A stretch of DNA of 64,000 nucleotides from Chiloscyllium plagiosum (taxonomy: Eukaryota): NCBI RefSeq assembly GCF_004010195.1, contig NC_057752.1:6336044-6400043 (forward strand). The letters are read 5' to 3'. Each line of letters begins with the position of its first letter. The stretch's first letter is position 1. A model generated the notes under the pieces. The model saw only the letters and a program-made list of their open reading frames with translations, searched no databases and was not told the DNA's origin. A program made the position numbers and the translations under genes. Below, in pieces: positions 13,421 through 25,364 of the stretch.

Positions 13421-13709
13421 AGATATTTGGGAGTGTATTTACCTAATGAGCTAAAGGGGGCTTCATATATCATATCATACATTTGTAGAGATACATTCTG
13501 TTTGGATAGTCCTTACACAGAATTCTAAATATCTTTGGAATCTTTTTTGTTACATTACTGCTTTTTAGGAGCACACTTATTTTATGTGTGAAGAGTAATT
13601 TGAGAGACTCATACATAGAATATTCATTTCCGTGGCCTGTATGCATTCTTGTCTGATGCTCTGTATGTTGGTTTTGATCAGTGGGTAGCTTCATTGTCTT
13701 CGAATTGAA

Positions 13710-13828
13710 GGGCTTATGTCCGAAACGTCGATTCTCCTGTTCCCTGGAATGCTGCCTGACCTGTTGCGCTGTTCCAGCAACACATTTTCAGCTCTGATCT
13801 CCAGCATCTGCAGACCTCACTTTCTCCA
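13710..13828 (+). mobile_element. Penelope-like family A copy, 5'-truncated inside the hammerhead core, 11-bp TSD
   Basis: gggcttatgtcc-GAAACGTC-gattctcc...; flanked by ttcgaattgaa at 13699-13709 and 13829-13839. Confidence 0.85.
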
Positions 13829-13839
13829 TTCGAATTGAA

Positions 13840-14228
13840 AATGTTGTGGGATCACACCTCACCCTCAGGATTTGAGCAGAGGAACTGAGGTGAACACTTC
13901 CAGGCGAGTATTAAGGAGGTGCTGGAATTTCAGATGAGATGTTAAGCTGAGGTCCTCGCCTTCTCTCTGAGGTAGATGTAAAGATCTGGTACCAAGACTT
14001 TGAAGAGGAACAGAAACATTCTTCCTATCCTAGCCAGTGTTTATTCTGAAGCCAACATCACTCAAATTAGATTATCCAGTCACTTATCAAATTTCTGTTC
14101 CTGGGAGCTTGCTGTGTGCATATTAGCTGCCACATTTCCCACAATACGCCACTAACTAACCTTTGTTGGCTGTAAAGATATTTGGGAAGTCCAATAAAGT
14201 GCTATATAAATGCAAGCCTTTCTTCTTC
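13840..14228 (+). mobile_element. Deu-domain SINE
   Basis: tttcagatgagatgttaagctgagg..gtaaagatc..gggagcttgctgtgtgca..gctatataaatgcaag. Confidence 0.75.
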
Positions 14229-14544
14229 CCATGAAGTACAAATCTTTAAAAGTACTGGTTTGAAGATCTCGTATTCTGTAACATTATATGCAGTTATTTG
14301 CTTGATCGTACAGAACTTGAGTATTGTTGAAAAAGATACTTTTTGTCTTGCACTCATCAGGACAATTTGCAAGAGTATCAATTCAAGGGGAAAATCAAAA
14401 TTAATATTGCCTCAAGAGGAGAGTGCTGATTGGTTGGTAGAGGTCATTTGCAGTATAAATGTTCGCTTTCCCCTTGAATCAATATCGTAGGGGTCAGTTG
14501 GCTGGACAGCTGGTTTGCAAAGCAGAGTGATGCCAACAGCCTGG

Positions 14545-14792
14545 CAATTAAACCTGTTGGACTATAACCTGGTGTTGTGTGATTTTTAACTTTGTACACC
14601 CCAGTCCAACACCGGCATCTCCAAATCATGGCTACTATTGACACCACTAACCGCCGGCTTAAAGTGGAGAGGATCTCCAAGAAGATTGCAAGACTATCGT
14701 CTGATGAAGGAACGTCGCTCTGAAAGCTAGTGTGCTTCCAATTAAACCTGTTGGACTATAACCTGGTGTTGTGTGATTTTTAACTTTGTACA
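14545..14792 (+). mobile_element. Penelope-like family B, partial-tandem pseudo-LTR with start of the element ORF
   Basis: Direct repeat caattaaacctgttggactataacctggtgttgtgtgatttttaactttgtaca occurs twice; ATG at 14628 reads MATIDTTNRRLKVERISKKIA. Confidence 0.8.
14701..14732 (+). ncRNA. Minimal hammerhead ribozyme motif (weakened stem II)
   Basis: CTGATGA-A-GGAACGTCGCTCT-GAAAGCTA-GTG. Confidence 0.6.
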
Positions 14793-16397
14793 TCTCTCTC
14801 TAATACGAGAGCTGCCCTATGGCCCTCTGAGACTCTGGTGGTTTTATCTTTATTCTTGCATATCGTCCTGATGAATGCAAGACAAAGAACTTCAACAAAA
14901 TGTATCTTTTTCCAACAGTCATAAAGCATGAGTACCATATTAAAAAATAGAAGGAACCTACAACATAACAATATCAATGTGCAAAGTAGTATTGAGAGTT
15001 AAAAACACATATGAAATATGATCATTGTTTCTATATGATTCTTGCTTTCCATCAAAGCTTCAGAATAGAATTACAAATCCTACATAAGCCAGGCAATTCC
15101 TGTGGATCTGACTAAATGTCATTTTAAGCAATTGTGGGCCTTTCAAGTGGTATTCTTCTTGACGTATTACATGTCAAAATCTTCAGCGATACAAGTCTAG
15201 GGTGTCCTTGGAGAGTTGTGGAGTGGGTTGAAACATTATTTCAACAGTTCCCTGTCAGCCTTTCAATTTAGTACAAAACTGTGCATTTATAAGGTCATTT
15301 GAGGCTGCTTCACACAGCAGCTGGAGGCTATGTGCAGAAATGGGGTTGTAACGTTTTAAAACGATTATTCCCATGCAACTTTCATCCAAGGGTATAACTT
15401 CAACTTAGTCAAACAATTTTTCATTTGTAAAAGTGTCCCTGCATGGTCTAAGTGCCAAGAAGAATTATTGTGAAATTATCCTTCAGTGTTACAACTCTAC
15501 ATCTTCAATTATTTCACAATCCTTCAAGGGCTTGTTAGCTCATAGTTCCTGCATGTAAATTAATGGGTGGGTAACATGACTGATGGCTTGGTGGCTAATG
15601 GGTGGTGTTGAGCTAAACCATGTCAAACAGGAGTATTAAGGTTAGATCCTCAGTCTGTGCTAAGCTAGTCCATAGCCCTTAGCAGTTAGCCCTGAGGTCG
15701 CCAAGGTGTTAACCAGCTCAGGTGCCCTCTCTTATTCAGAGATCATGGTCGAATAACCTGTGTTGGAAAGTGTGGATATGGGGGTAAGGTTTGATCCAGT
15801 TGATGACCATTCCTTCCTCCATACTCGCATATGGAAGATACTCTTATTTTTATAGACAGTGGATTATAGCTATTTATTTATTTTCAGATATAAATTGTCC
15901 ATTGACTTACAGAGCAACTAGAAAGAATAAAATGGTCTTGCTACTCATCCCCAGAATTTGTGAGGTTCTGGATGGTATATAACAATTTAAGGATTTGTCA
16001 GCAAGGAGAGGTTTTATTTTTGTTAGCAAGGTGTGTTGAATAATGGGTCAGTGATCTCCTGAAGTGAGGGTAGACTATATCACAAACCAATAAACCAACA
16101 GAACAGCTAGGAAACCTTTTAGGGATGGGTACGCATAGCTAGAGCCCCATAAGGATCTTAAGCCTTCCTTCACAGTTCATGCAGAAAGGCAAGAATAAGA
16201 GAAATTACACAGCCCGTATGCAGAGGGGAAACAAGTACTTTTGGTGAACTTCTCTGTAGTGACACTGAATGTGACACAATTCGGTCAAACTCAGGAAAAG
16301 TTATTTGCAGCCAAGTTGGTGTCACCTTAAACGTGACCTGATAACAATCTCTCTTGCGCAAAGGTGATGCGCACGAGGCAACTCAGAGCTCTGCCAA

Positions 16398-16505
16398 AGC
16401 AAAATGCTGCAGATGCTGGGAACGTGAGACAAAAACAGAAAATGTTGCAACGAGAGAGAAAAATAAGATGAACATTTCAAGTCGATGCCTTTGTTCTGAA
16501 CTGGG
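16398..16505 (-). mobile_element. Old Penelope-like family C fragment
   Basis: gcaaaatgctgcagatgctgggaac..gacaaaaacagaaaatg resembles the reverse complement of 550-597. Confidence 0.5.
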
Positions 16506-18339
16506 GATGTATATTACAGGTTTCAAACCAGGAAAGGTCGATAGGGAAGGACTGGGAAAGGGTGGAGAACAGGGCAGATTAAATTATACCCTGCCTTTGG
16601 CATCAGCGCCACTGTCGCCTGCACCAACATGCACATGCGCACAAGCTCCTGCTTTGGCTCGTGTGTGTTCATTTTCACTCACACCTGTGTGACATTCCTT
16701 GGGACATTCTCAGTGTTAAAGGTGGTCGAAACATTGTGCAGCAGATTTCTAATCTCTGTGGTAAAGCTGAAAAAAAAAACAGGAAACAAAAAAGCAGGGA
16801 AGCCCCCGATCATGTGGGTGGTTATTTGTGAATGAAGTGGAGCCGTTAATGCAAGGACAACATTTTCCTCTTGGCCGAGGCACATCTGTGTGTTTGGTGT
16901 ATACGATCTGTGAGTGGACAGTTCGCCTCTTCTTCCTCACTGACAGCAAGGGTTGACTCGTTGGAATTAAAAGCCAACAAGAGGGGAAACGAGGAGCTGG
17001 TGTGGGAGCAAGTGGACATGCGCAGATGGATCACGGAGCCATGTTTGTGTTGAGAACATACACTCCACAAATCATAAAAGGATGGTGTTGATGATGATAT
17101 AAGCCAAAAGGGAGTGGATATGGAACAAAGAGCAAAATAATGGGTCTCTTCTGGAGAACATGTAATGCAGTCCCAAGAAGGAATCAGCACCTTCTGGACA
17201 AGGGGAGAAGGGACAGGAAAATCATGAGTTTGGGTATCTGGCTGGAAATTAATTGATGGTTAGGAAAGTAGGTGAGAGCGAGACTAAATCCCAAGTAACC
17301 AGATTGCGTCTGTATGAATTACATCTGTCTGCTACTCAGTATTGAGCCCAGTTACACACCTCAGCCTGAGCTATGGCTGTCTCTAATCAAATAAAGCACT
17401 CACATCTACAAAGAAAATAAGGGTGTTGACATATCAGCATCCTAATTCTGGGGAAAAGGTGGTGAGAATATAATGTTCCAATAATTTGTTGTCATCATGT
17501 ATTATTCATATACAGACGGGTTTGTTCACATAATTTCTTCAGGGGTGGAGTTTTTGTTTGGATCTATTGGAAAATTTCAAAAGAAATAAAAAGGATCCCC
17601 TGGAAACTTTGAGTTATATAAGTCATTTGATAATGTTGTAATTGCATGTTAGACAAAGTCTCCCTGTCTGGACAAACCCAATTATGCTCAGTGGGACAGA
17701 GAAGCAGGGTGTTATTAGAAGCTCTGGCCTGTGGCTCTGCTCTGGCAGTTCGACTTCAAAACGACTGTTTACTCAGCTCCATAGTTCAGCTTTGATGGTT
17801 TCATGAATCCACAATAGCAGCCATCACCAAATTGTGTGGTCTGAATCATTCTGGAGGGCTTTCTAAAAAAAAATCCAAAGCATGAGGTAAATCATCTTGT
17901 TGCAGATTAGTCCAGTGCAGTCTGGATTTGTGTCCAGCCCAAGCACTTGTAACCTGTAAAGATCCAAAGTGTTTGGGGTGACATCCGCCCAGCACTTAGC
18001 AGAAAAGTGCCGACAGGACTGTCCCTACATTTGATATTACTAATGCCAAGTATAGCGCATCCACAACCTCCCCTTGGTGAATAATAGAAACGCCACATTG
18101 ATGCACAGTCAGACCTGCTCTTGTGATTGTGAACAGAGAAAAGGGAGCTTCCTTTTGCATCCAGATGTCTTATGTTTTAACCCTGAAATCCTACACTAAT
18201 AGACCTGGAAACGTCTGAAAACAGATTGGAATAAAGTTTAAAAGAAAATCACCTGTAAAGAAATCTATTCAAAAAGAAGCCGACCAATGGCATGCAAGGT
18301 GGCGATCCAGTCTTGAAGAACTCCTATTGCCGAGGTTAT

Positions 18340-18683
18340 GAAGATATGGTCTTTTTCTTCAAATCTCTTGATGGTCTCCTCCACATCTCTGTAACCTCCC
18401 CCCATTCACACAAGATCGCTGCATGGCTCCAAATCTGGCCTCTTGAGCATCCCCCATTTGCCATTGCTCTACCACTCGCAGTTGTGGGCCCCCAGCTTTG
18501 GAATTCTCTCCCGAAACTTCTCCATCTCTCTCTTTTAAGCCACCCTTTAATGCCTTCTGGTCACCTCTCCTTACGTGGCCTGATGCCTTATGTTGTCTGA
18601 TAATCAGTCAAAATATGAGAAGTAAGAAGTGCTTGGTGTTTTAGTAGATTAAAGGTGCTATATAAATGCACGTTGTTGTTGTG
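18340..18683 (+). mobile_element. L2-like LINE 3' fragment
   Basis: ttcaaatctc..ggcccccagctttggaattctctcccgaaac..; tail ggtgctatataaatgcacgttgttgttg. Confidence 0.6.
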
Positions 18684-19059
18684 TGAATGCTCCAGATTGC
18701 TGCTTTCTCATCTTTGGAGTGGCAGTGGTGAGTTTGGAGAAGATTTACTGCTAAAGAACCTGGGGAACTGAGGAGATATCAGTGGATTGGCCACAATGTC
18801 CTTTCACCACCAGAACCTGGGTTTGAATCACAGCCAAGCTGCTAATGGATTAAAAATCTCTGGGTGACTTGTTTACAGGCACGAGGCAGTCTCCTACGCT
18901 TCAACTGGACTTTGTCTGCAAACCCAATGAACAGTGACAGGATATGTGAGTGTAGGTGGTGTCTCAGCCCATCCCCCATCTGACATTTCCACACGCACAT
19001 GCTTAAGACTGGATAGGAACTCATCTGTCTCTTTCCTTCTTAAACACTCACATTCGTTA

Positions 19060-19430
19060 CCCAGGAGGAGAAGCAGGCCATTCAGGCCATCAAGCCACCA
19101 TTCAGACAGATCATGGCTGATTATCTATCTCTACTCCATGTTTTTCTCCACTATCACTATAAAATGTTCTGCTCCTGATTCGGAGACTGTTGCCCCCTAG
19201 TTTTCGACGCATCAGCTAGGAGAAACATCTAACCTGGATCTACTTGCAAGGAATTGTATATTTCAATGAGACCACCTTTCATTCTTCCAAGCTCAGGAGA
19301 ATGCAGACACAATCTCTCCTCATAAGACAATCCTGCCACCTGAAGGATTAATTTATACTCCTTCAGTGGCAAGCACAGCCTTTCTTAGGTATGGGAACAA
19401 AACTGTTCACAATACTCCAGGGGTGGTGAC
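19060..19430 (-). mobile_element. Old CR1 3' fragment
   Basis: gaagcaggccattcaggcc..tttcaatgagacc..caaaactgttcacaatactccagg (reverse of LEYCEQF). Confidence 0.55.
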
Positions 19431-21516
19431 TCAAAGGATCTGCTGATCCTGATCAGACAAATGGTCCCATCCTTTGGCTGAGTTTATTTTATAAGACTTA
19501 AGCATGAAGGTGGGTCTAAGAGTGGAATGTAATTTCCATGTGAGGAATGGCAGAACAGGTCTTCTCGTGTGATTATGCTCTTCTTAGCTCACTGCATGGT
19601 CACATGTTGGTGAAGTGCCCCCCCCCCCCCCCCCGGTCTCCTGAGGTTCCAACTTTGAGGTGCCCAGCTGGCACGACACCATCTGCAACCCAGGAGCATC
19701 ACTCATTCTCAGCTTGTCACCCCAAAGATATCCAAGACCAGGCAAAAAGGCAGTGCCATGCTTTGGTGACCCCTGCACCAGGGGAGGTGGCACTGTCTGC
19801 TCAATGCTTCATGCCCTTTATGAGCTTGAATGAGCATTGTAAGCTTGCCACCTTACAGAGCTCTCACACTGGAGACTGGGTGCCAGGTATCTCTATCAAA
19901 TGCTTTTTTGTACAGTGTCTGTCACTTCCTTGCAGCTATCAATGTAGCCCGACTGGCATCACATTGGCACTGCCTCTCACACATCTGCCAGAGACTATAT
20001 TCCAATCATAAAAGGAGCTCCAACATTCAGCGGTTCATGCTCACTGACCTTTCCTCTCAATGAGAAGAACGTGCACATCTGATAGTGTTTCACCTAGCAC
20101 CCCACTTCATCCCCATAACCCCATATTAACCATGGCTAATCCACCTCGCTCTTGTCGTGTGCAAACCTTCACTGAAAAGCTAACAGATGTGCACGCTCTC
20201 TAATGATTCTATAAGGACAAGGATATTACCACAAAACATGGGGTGAACACGTATCTGAGAGACATACATTCTAATGGTGCTTTATTGATTTTCAGCAACT
20301 CAAATTCTTTGCTGACCTTTCTATCAGAATCCTTTAACTCCTAACTTTTCACAAATGACATTCTGTTTCTCAGTAATGCATAGAACTCTTGTGATCCTTA
20401 TCTATTCATTCATGCAAGCAAGGTACTCATGTACCCACGCTCTTGGCACATCTCACCGTCTCCAGGAAACATGAGGCTCCATACCCAGCATTAATTGCAC
20501 AGACAGAAGCAGGCCACTGCCTGATGTAAGGTTCCTCTGCCACCTCAGGAAGCCAGCTACTGAGCTGGCAGGAAGAGTGAGGGGAATGTGCCTTGGTTGA
20601 AGGGGAGTTTGGATACCCCAGCCAAACAGTGAGATAACCCGCAAACAGATAGTCCCAGCTGCACATCCAGCCGTAACATTTGAAATCAGATCTTGAAATC
20701 ATGACATGAAGGTTTGAATCATATATGCGTACCCCTCATGTAATCCTGTATCACTTCACACTGATATCCTGGGTGGCAAACAGAGCAGGACTTTGTTGGT
20801 GCAAAGGGAACAACTTAACTGATGCTGGTCTTCATTATCCCGCATGACACATTCCTCTAACCCTTTAATACAAAGCTCTTAACTGAGTGCTCGAGCCATA
20901 GTATTACCCAGTTTCTTCAACTGGTGTGTCTGCACTGCGCAGGATCATGTGCAAACAGATCTAGGAAGCCCCATCCCCATTTGCATTACTCATTTTCTGA
21001 GGGGCCTTATTTCTGAGAGAGATGCTGGTTGTAAACTGTTCCTTCGTCGCTCTCCCTCTACATCACTCTTCCCCAGCTACCCCTCTCCAGCACTGTAGAG
21101 AGCCATCTCCTTCTCTTTCACTAGCTTCCTCAATATGCCTGTTCCACCCCCTGATCCCATCCCTATCCACTCTTTCCTCAGTTCACCTGCTTGTTTCCCT
21201 CTCGCAGCACGCATAATTGCTCCATTGTCTTCCCCATAATATCAACACCTACCCTTCTGGACTGCCACTGTGACCCCTTAGCATCCTAATTTCCCCAGGG
21301 TCTCTTCAGGGCCTCTGACAATCACACTTTTTAAGTTCCATTTCCTTTCCAAGCAGCTCACCTTTCCGTGAACCATTTCTGTTGAACCCCTTTTCACTTT
21401 AGACCTCTTTTTTAGTTGAGCCCCACTTGCCGGGCCTGATCAGGTTTGCTGGTATCAGCAGGTTTGGCTGCTTTGCTTGGTCAGGCTAGGGAGCCCAGTG
21501 AGGTTTCACCCCCTAT

Positions 21517-21844
21517 ATTAGATTAGATTAGATTACATTACAGTGTGGAAACAGGCCCTTCGGCCCAACAAGTCCACACCGACCCGCCGAAGCGAAACCC
21601 ACCCATACCCCTACATTTACCCCTACATTTACCCCTTACCTAACACTACGGGTAATTTAGCATGGCCAATTTACCTGACCCTGCACATCTATGGACTGTG
21701 GGAGGAAACCGGAGCACCCGGAGGAAATCCACGCAGACACGGGGAGAACGTGCAAACTCCACACAGTCAGTCGCCTGAGGCGGGAATTGAACCCGGGTCT
21801 CAGGCGCTGTGAGGCAGCAGTGCTAACCACTGTGCCACCGTGCC
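21517..21844 (-). mobile_element. Full-length young HE1/V-SINE-type tRNA-derived SINE
   Basis: Minus strand: A box TGGCACAGTGG, B box GGTTCAATTCC, V-like core ttctccccgtgtctgcgtgg, CR1-like 3' end and (tctaa)n tail; CpGs retained. Confidence 0.92.
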
Positions 21845-21875
21845 GGTTTAAGAACTACAACAAGTAAGATCACAT

Positions 21876-22187
21876 TCCCTGGGGTGGGGGAGTCCAGAAC
21901 TAGAAGGCATAGATTTAGGGTGAGAGGGGAAAGATATAAAAGAGACCTAAGGGGCAACTTTTTCACGCAGAGGGTGGTACGTGTATGGAATGAGCTGCCA
22001 GAGGAAGTGGTGGAGGCTGGTATAATTACAACATTTAAAAGGCATCTGGATGGGTATACGAATAGGAAGGGTTTGGAGGGATATGGGCCGGGTGCTGGCA
22101 GGTGGGACTAGATTGGGTTGGGATATCTGGTCGACATGGACGAGTTGGACTGAATAATCTGTTTCCGTGCTGTACATCTCTATGACT
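21876..22187 (+). mobile_element. CR1/HER1-type LINE 3' end
   Basis: GESRTRRHRFRVRGERYKRDLRGNFFTQRVVRVWNELPEEVV. Confidence 0.9.
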
Positions 22188-22344
22188 ATCCGACTGAGAC
22201 TCCTCAAAAGCTGGTTAACCAAGTGAGCGTTCATCCCTTACACTGTATTTGTTTGTGCAAATAAATGGCTTGTTTACAAAGGCACCAAGTTACTAATAAC
22301 GCTTGTACTTACTAGAGCTTGGAGGAAAAAGTCAAACTTTTTTT

Positions 22345-22855
22345 AATCATTCATGGACATGGGCATCACTGGCTGGGCCAGCATTTATTGCCTATCCCCT
22401 AGTTGCCTTTGAGAAGGTGGTGGTGAGCTGCCTTCTTGAACCGCTGCAGTCCACATGCTGTAGGTTGACCCACAGTGCCATTAGCAAAGGAATTCCAGGA
22501 TTTTGACCCAGTGACAGTGAAGGACAGTGAATATATTTCCAAGTCAGGATGGTAAGTGCCTTGGAAGGGAACTTGCAGGTGGGGGTGTTCCCATGTATCG
22601 GCTGCCCTCATCCTTCTAGATGGAAATGGTCATGGGTTTGGAAGGTGCTGTCTAAGGAGCCTTGGTGAATTTCCGCAGTGCATCTTGTGGATGGTACACA
22701 CTGCTGCTACTGAGCATTGGTGGTGGAGGGAGTGGATGCTTATGGATGTGGTGCCAATCAAGCGGGCTACTTTGTCCTGGATGGTCTCAAAGCTTCCTGA
22801 GTGTTGTAGGAGCTGCACTCATCCAGGCAAGTGGAGAGTATTCCATCACATTCAT
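22345..22855 (-). mobile_element. CR1-clade LINE family 2, 3' fragment
   Basis: Minus strand TIQDKVARLIG..HSLHHQCSVAAVCTIHKMHCGNSPRLLRQHLPNP. Confidence 0.85.
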
Positions 22856-23262
22856 TCACCGGTAGGTACATGCCTCATATATACTCAGGTTATACGTGAG
22901 CACGTGTGTTTCCCAGTTTTGGTAAGCAAGATTGTACCAAACAACATGTTTCCAGAGGCCTGGGAAGCATTCAGGGCATGATATTGCATGCAAAAGAGAT
23001 TCCTTACCAGGACCATCAGGGTGCCTGAAAGGTTCTGAGAACTGGTTAGCAAATCTCTAACCTGTCACCAGGAAACTGCATTTTTGCCTCCCACCCAATG
23101 AGGTTCTGTGCCTGCCTTCCCAAAAACTCCAAGCAGGCCTGGAGGCTTCTGCCACTCATACTGAATTCTTCATAACGCTACATCAGGCCAACAGAATCAA
23201 TGTGTTGTCATTCTAAGGCTTCCAGAGGGGCTACAATTTTAAGAGGATGCTTTGAGAATAAT

Positions 23263-23758
23263 GTGGTCGCCCTCCTATAGGAAGGATGTTGTCAAACTTG
23301 AGAGGGTTCAGAAAAGATTTACCAGGAGGTTGCCAGGGTTAGAGCTTTTGAGCTATAGGGAGAGGCTGAACAGGCTGGGGCCGTTTTCCCTGGAGGGTTA
23401 GAGGCTGAGAGGTGACCTTACAGAGGTTTACAAGATCATGAGGGGCATGGACAGGGTGAATAGACGAGGTGTTTTTCCCAGGGTAGGGAGTCCAAAACTA
23501 GAGGGCATAGGTTGAAGATGAGAGGGGAATGATTTAAAAGGGACCCGAGGGGTAACGTTTTCGCGCAGAGAGTGATGCATGTATGGAATGAGCTACCAGA
23601 GGAAGTGGTGGAGGCTGGTACAATTACAGTGTTTAAAAGGCATCTGGATATGGGCCAGATGCTGGCAAATGGGACTAGGTCAGATTGGGGTGGTCTGGTT
23701 GGCCCAGACGAGTTGGACCAAAGGGTCTGTTTCCGAGCTGTATAGTTCTACGACTCTG
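23263..23758 (+). mobile_element. CR1/HER1-type LINE 3' fragment (followed by an older inverted CR1 piece at about 23765-24150)
   Basis: WSPSYRKDVVKLERVQKRFTR...RLRGDLTEVYKIM; CR1 3' UTR. Confidence 0.88.
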
Positions 23759-25164
23759 TAAGAAAAAGGAGCTGGAGTGGACCACTCAGTCCTTCCAGTC
23801 TCTGACTAATGTTTAGCTTCAATTTCACTTTCCCACCTACTCCCCGTATTCCGTGATTCTGAAGGACCAAAAATCTCAAATCTATCTCAGCCTTAAATAT
23901 ACTTGGTGATGGAATACCCACAATTCCTCTGGGGTACAACATTCCAAAGATTCACAACCCTCTAATGAAGCAATTTCTCCTTTTCCCAGTCCAAAATGGC
24001 CACCCCCTTATCCTATGACTGTGCCCCTCCCCCTGTGTTCTAGATTCCCCAGCTAAGGGGAAACACCCTCTCACTATCAAACCTGTCAAAACCTTTCAGA
24101 GACTTGTCTGGTTCAATTAACTCATATCTCATTCTTCTAAACTCTAGCTTCATTCAGAAACAAACCATTAATTGTTCTCTGTGTTTCAGGCAGGATCGAC
24201 CTGCTGTAGGAAAATTGGCCAGAAAGAATTTTTAGATTTGGACCCTTTTCAGTAGCTAGCATTTGAGAAATTGTTCCTACATGACACCAGTGACTGGATT
24301 TCGAATGGACTTCATTGGCCATACAATGCTTTGGTATATTGGGAGGTAGTGAAAATCACCATAAATATGCAAGGCTTTTTCTAATGTATTATCCCAGTTC
24401 TTGTGAGGAACCAAATTGGTTTAAGCTCATTTTTACATCCTCCTCTTTGGCTCATGTTGCCAAGAGCTCAGGAGAATGCACCACAGTGATCAGCCAATGA
24501 TGGAATGGGCACCCACTCTCCACACGCTATTTTGAGTTGTTCATAGAAAGATCTGATGTGAGGTTTTCCTCTGCGTCCAGAAAGAACTCATTCTATGGGC
24601 TGCCCCTTTAATTTTTCAAAATCTTGAGACTCCAACTCTGCAGCAACCTAATTTCCTGCTTTTGAAGGGAAACCACTGGCTGCAGTAACCTCTTCAGTGA
24701 GTGCATTGTCGGAAGTCTCCATCTGTGAAAGGAAGTCCTAAGGGTACAATACAGACCAGTTCCACCCTTTTCCTCATTACGTGCTCGGTTTAAGTTCTTA
24801 TCAGAAGTCAGTTTTGCTTGGAAGTTATTTTTTGTGTAATTTCACTTTATTGTCCTCCCATTCCAGATCGAAGCATTACCTGGGCCGATCATAGAATTCA
24901 TGCACATCAAATTGCCTTTCCATTCTCTATCAGCTACTGCACGATATCTGAAAACCCTTTCTGTAATGTAAATGGATTACAATCCACAATACTTTGAGAA
25001 GCTGGGGAAAAAAATGAAGAGGTCCTTGAAATAACTGCACAGAGGCCAGTATCCCATCACCAAGTCCCCCTTTATTTACAAGTGGAGAATCCTTGACACT
25101 GATCCAGCTTCCTCAGAGTAAGCTCTCAGAGTGAACAGAACCTCTGACACTTCTGTTTATATCT

Positions 25165-25356
25165 TGATTTGGAGGTGCCAGTGTTGGATTGGGGTGGACA
25201 AAGTTAAAAATTACACAACACTAGGTTATAGTCCAACAGGTTGATTTGGAAGCACTAGCTTTCGAAGCACTGCTCCTTCATCAGGTCACTGTTCATCAGC
25301 TAGTGCTTCCAATTAAACCTGTTGGACTATAACCTGGTGTTGTGCAATTTTTAACC
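25165..25356. mobile_element. Penelope-like family B fold-back element, 12-bp TSD
   Basis: Inverted arms gttaaaaatt..acaacac..ggttatagtccaacagg / cctgttggactataacctggtgttgt..atttttaac; TSD ctgtttatatct at 25153-25164 and 26978-26989. Confidence 0.85.
25253..25286 (-). ncRNA. Minimal hammerhead ribozyme motif, catalytic core intact
   Basis: Minus strand AC-CTGATGA-A-GGAGC-AGT-GCTTC-GAAAGCTA-GTG: stem II 5 bp (one G-U), palindromic AGCT stem III. Confidence 0.7.
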
Positions 25357-25364
25357 CTGTTTAT

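Larger units (their letters stand above)
14325..14920. mobile_element. Inverted-repeat element (family E) with hammerhead-like cores in both arms, enclosing a SINE fragment and a Penelope family B copy
   Basis: gttgaaaaagatac..ttgtcttgcactcatcaggac vs gtcctgatgaatgcaagacaa..gtatctttttccaac; CTGATGA at 14354-14360 (-) and 14868-14874 (+). Confidence 0.55.

Noticed and set aside
21760..21844. tRNA-like sequence with A and B boxes
   Set aside because: Head of an HE1 SINE, not a tRNA gene
24650..24723. Minus-strand acceptor followed by ATG (METSDNALTEEV...)
   Set aside because: Stops after 24 codons; weak donor; no homology recognised
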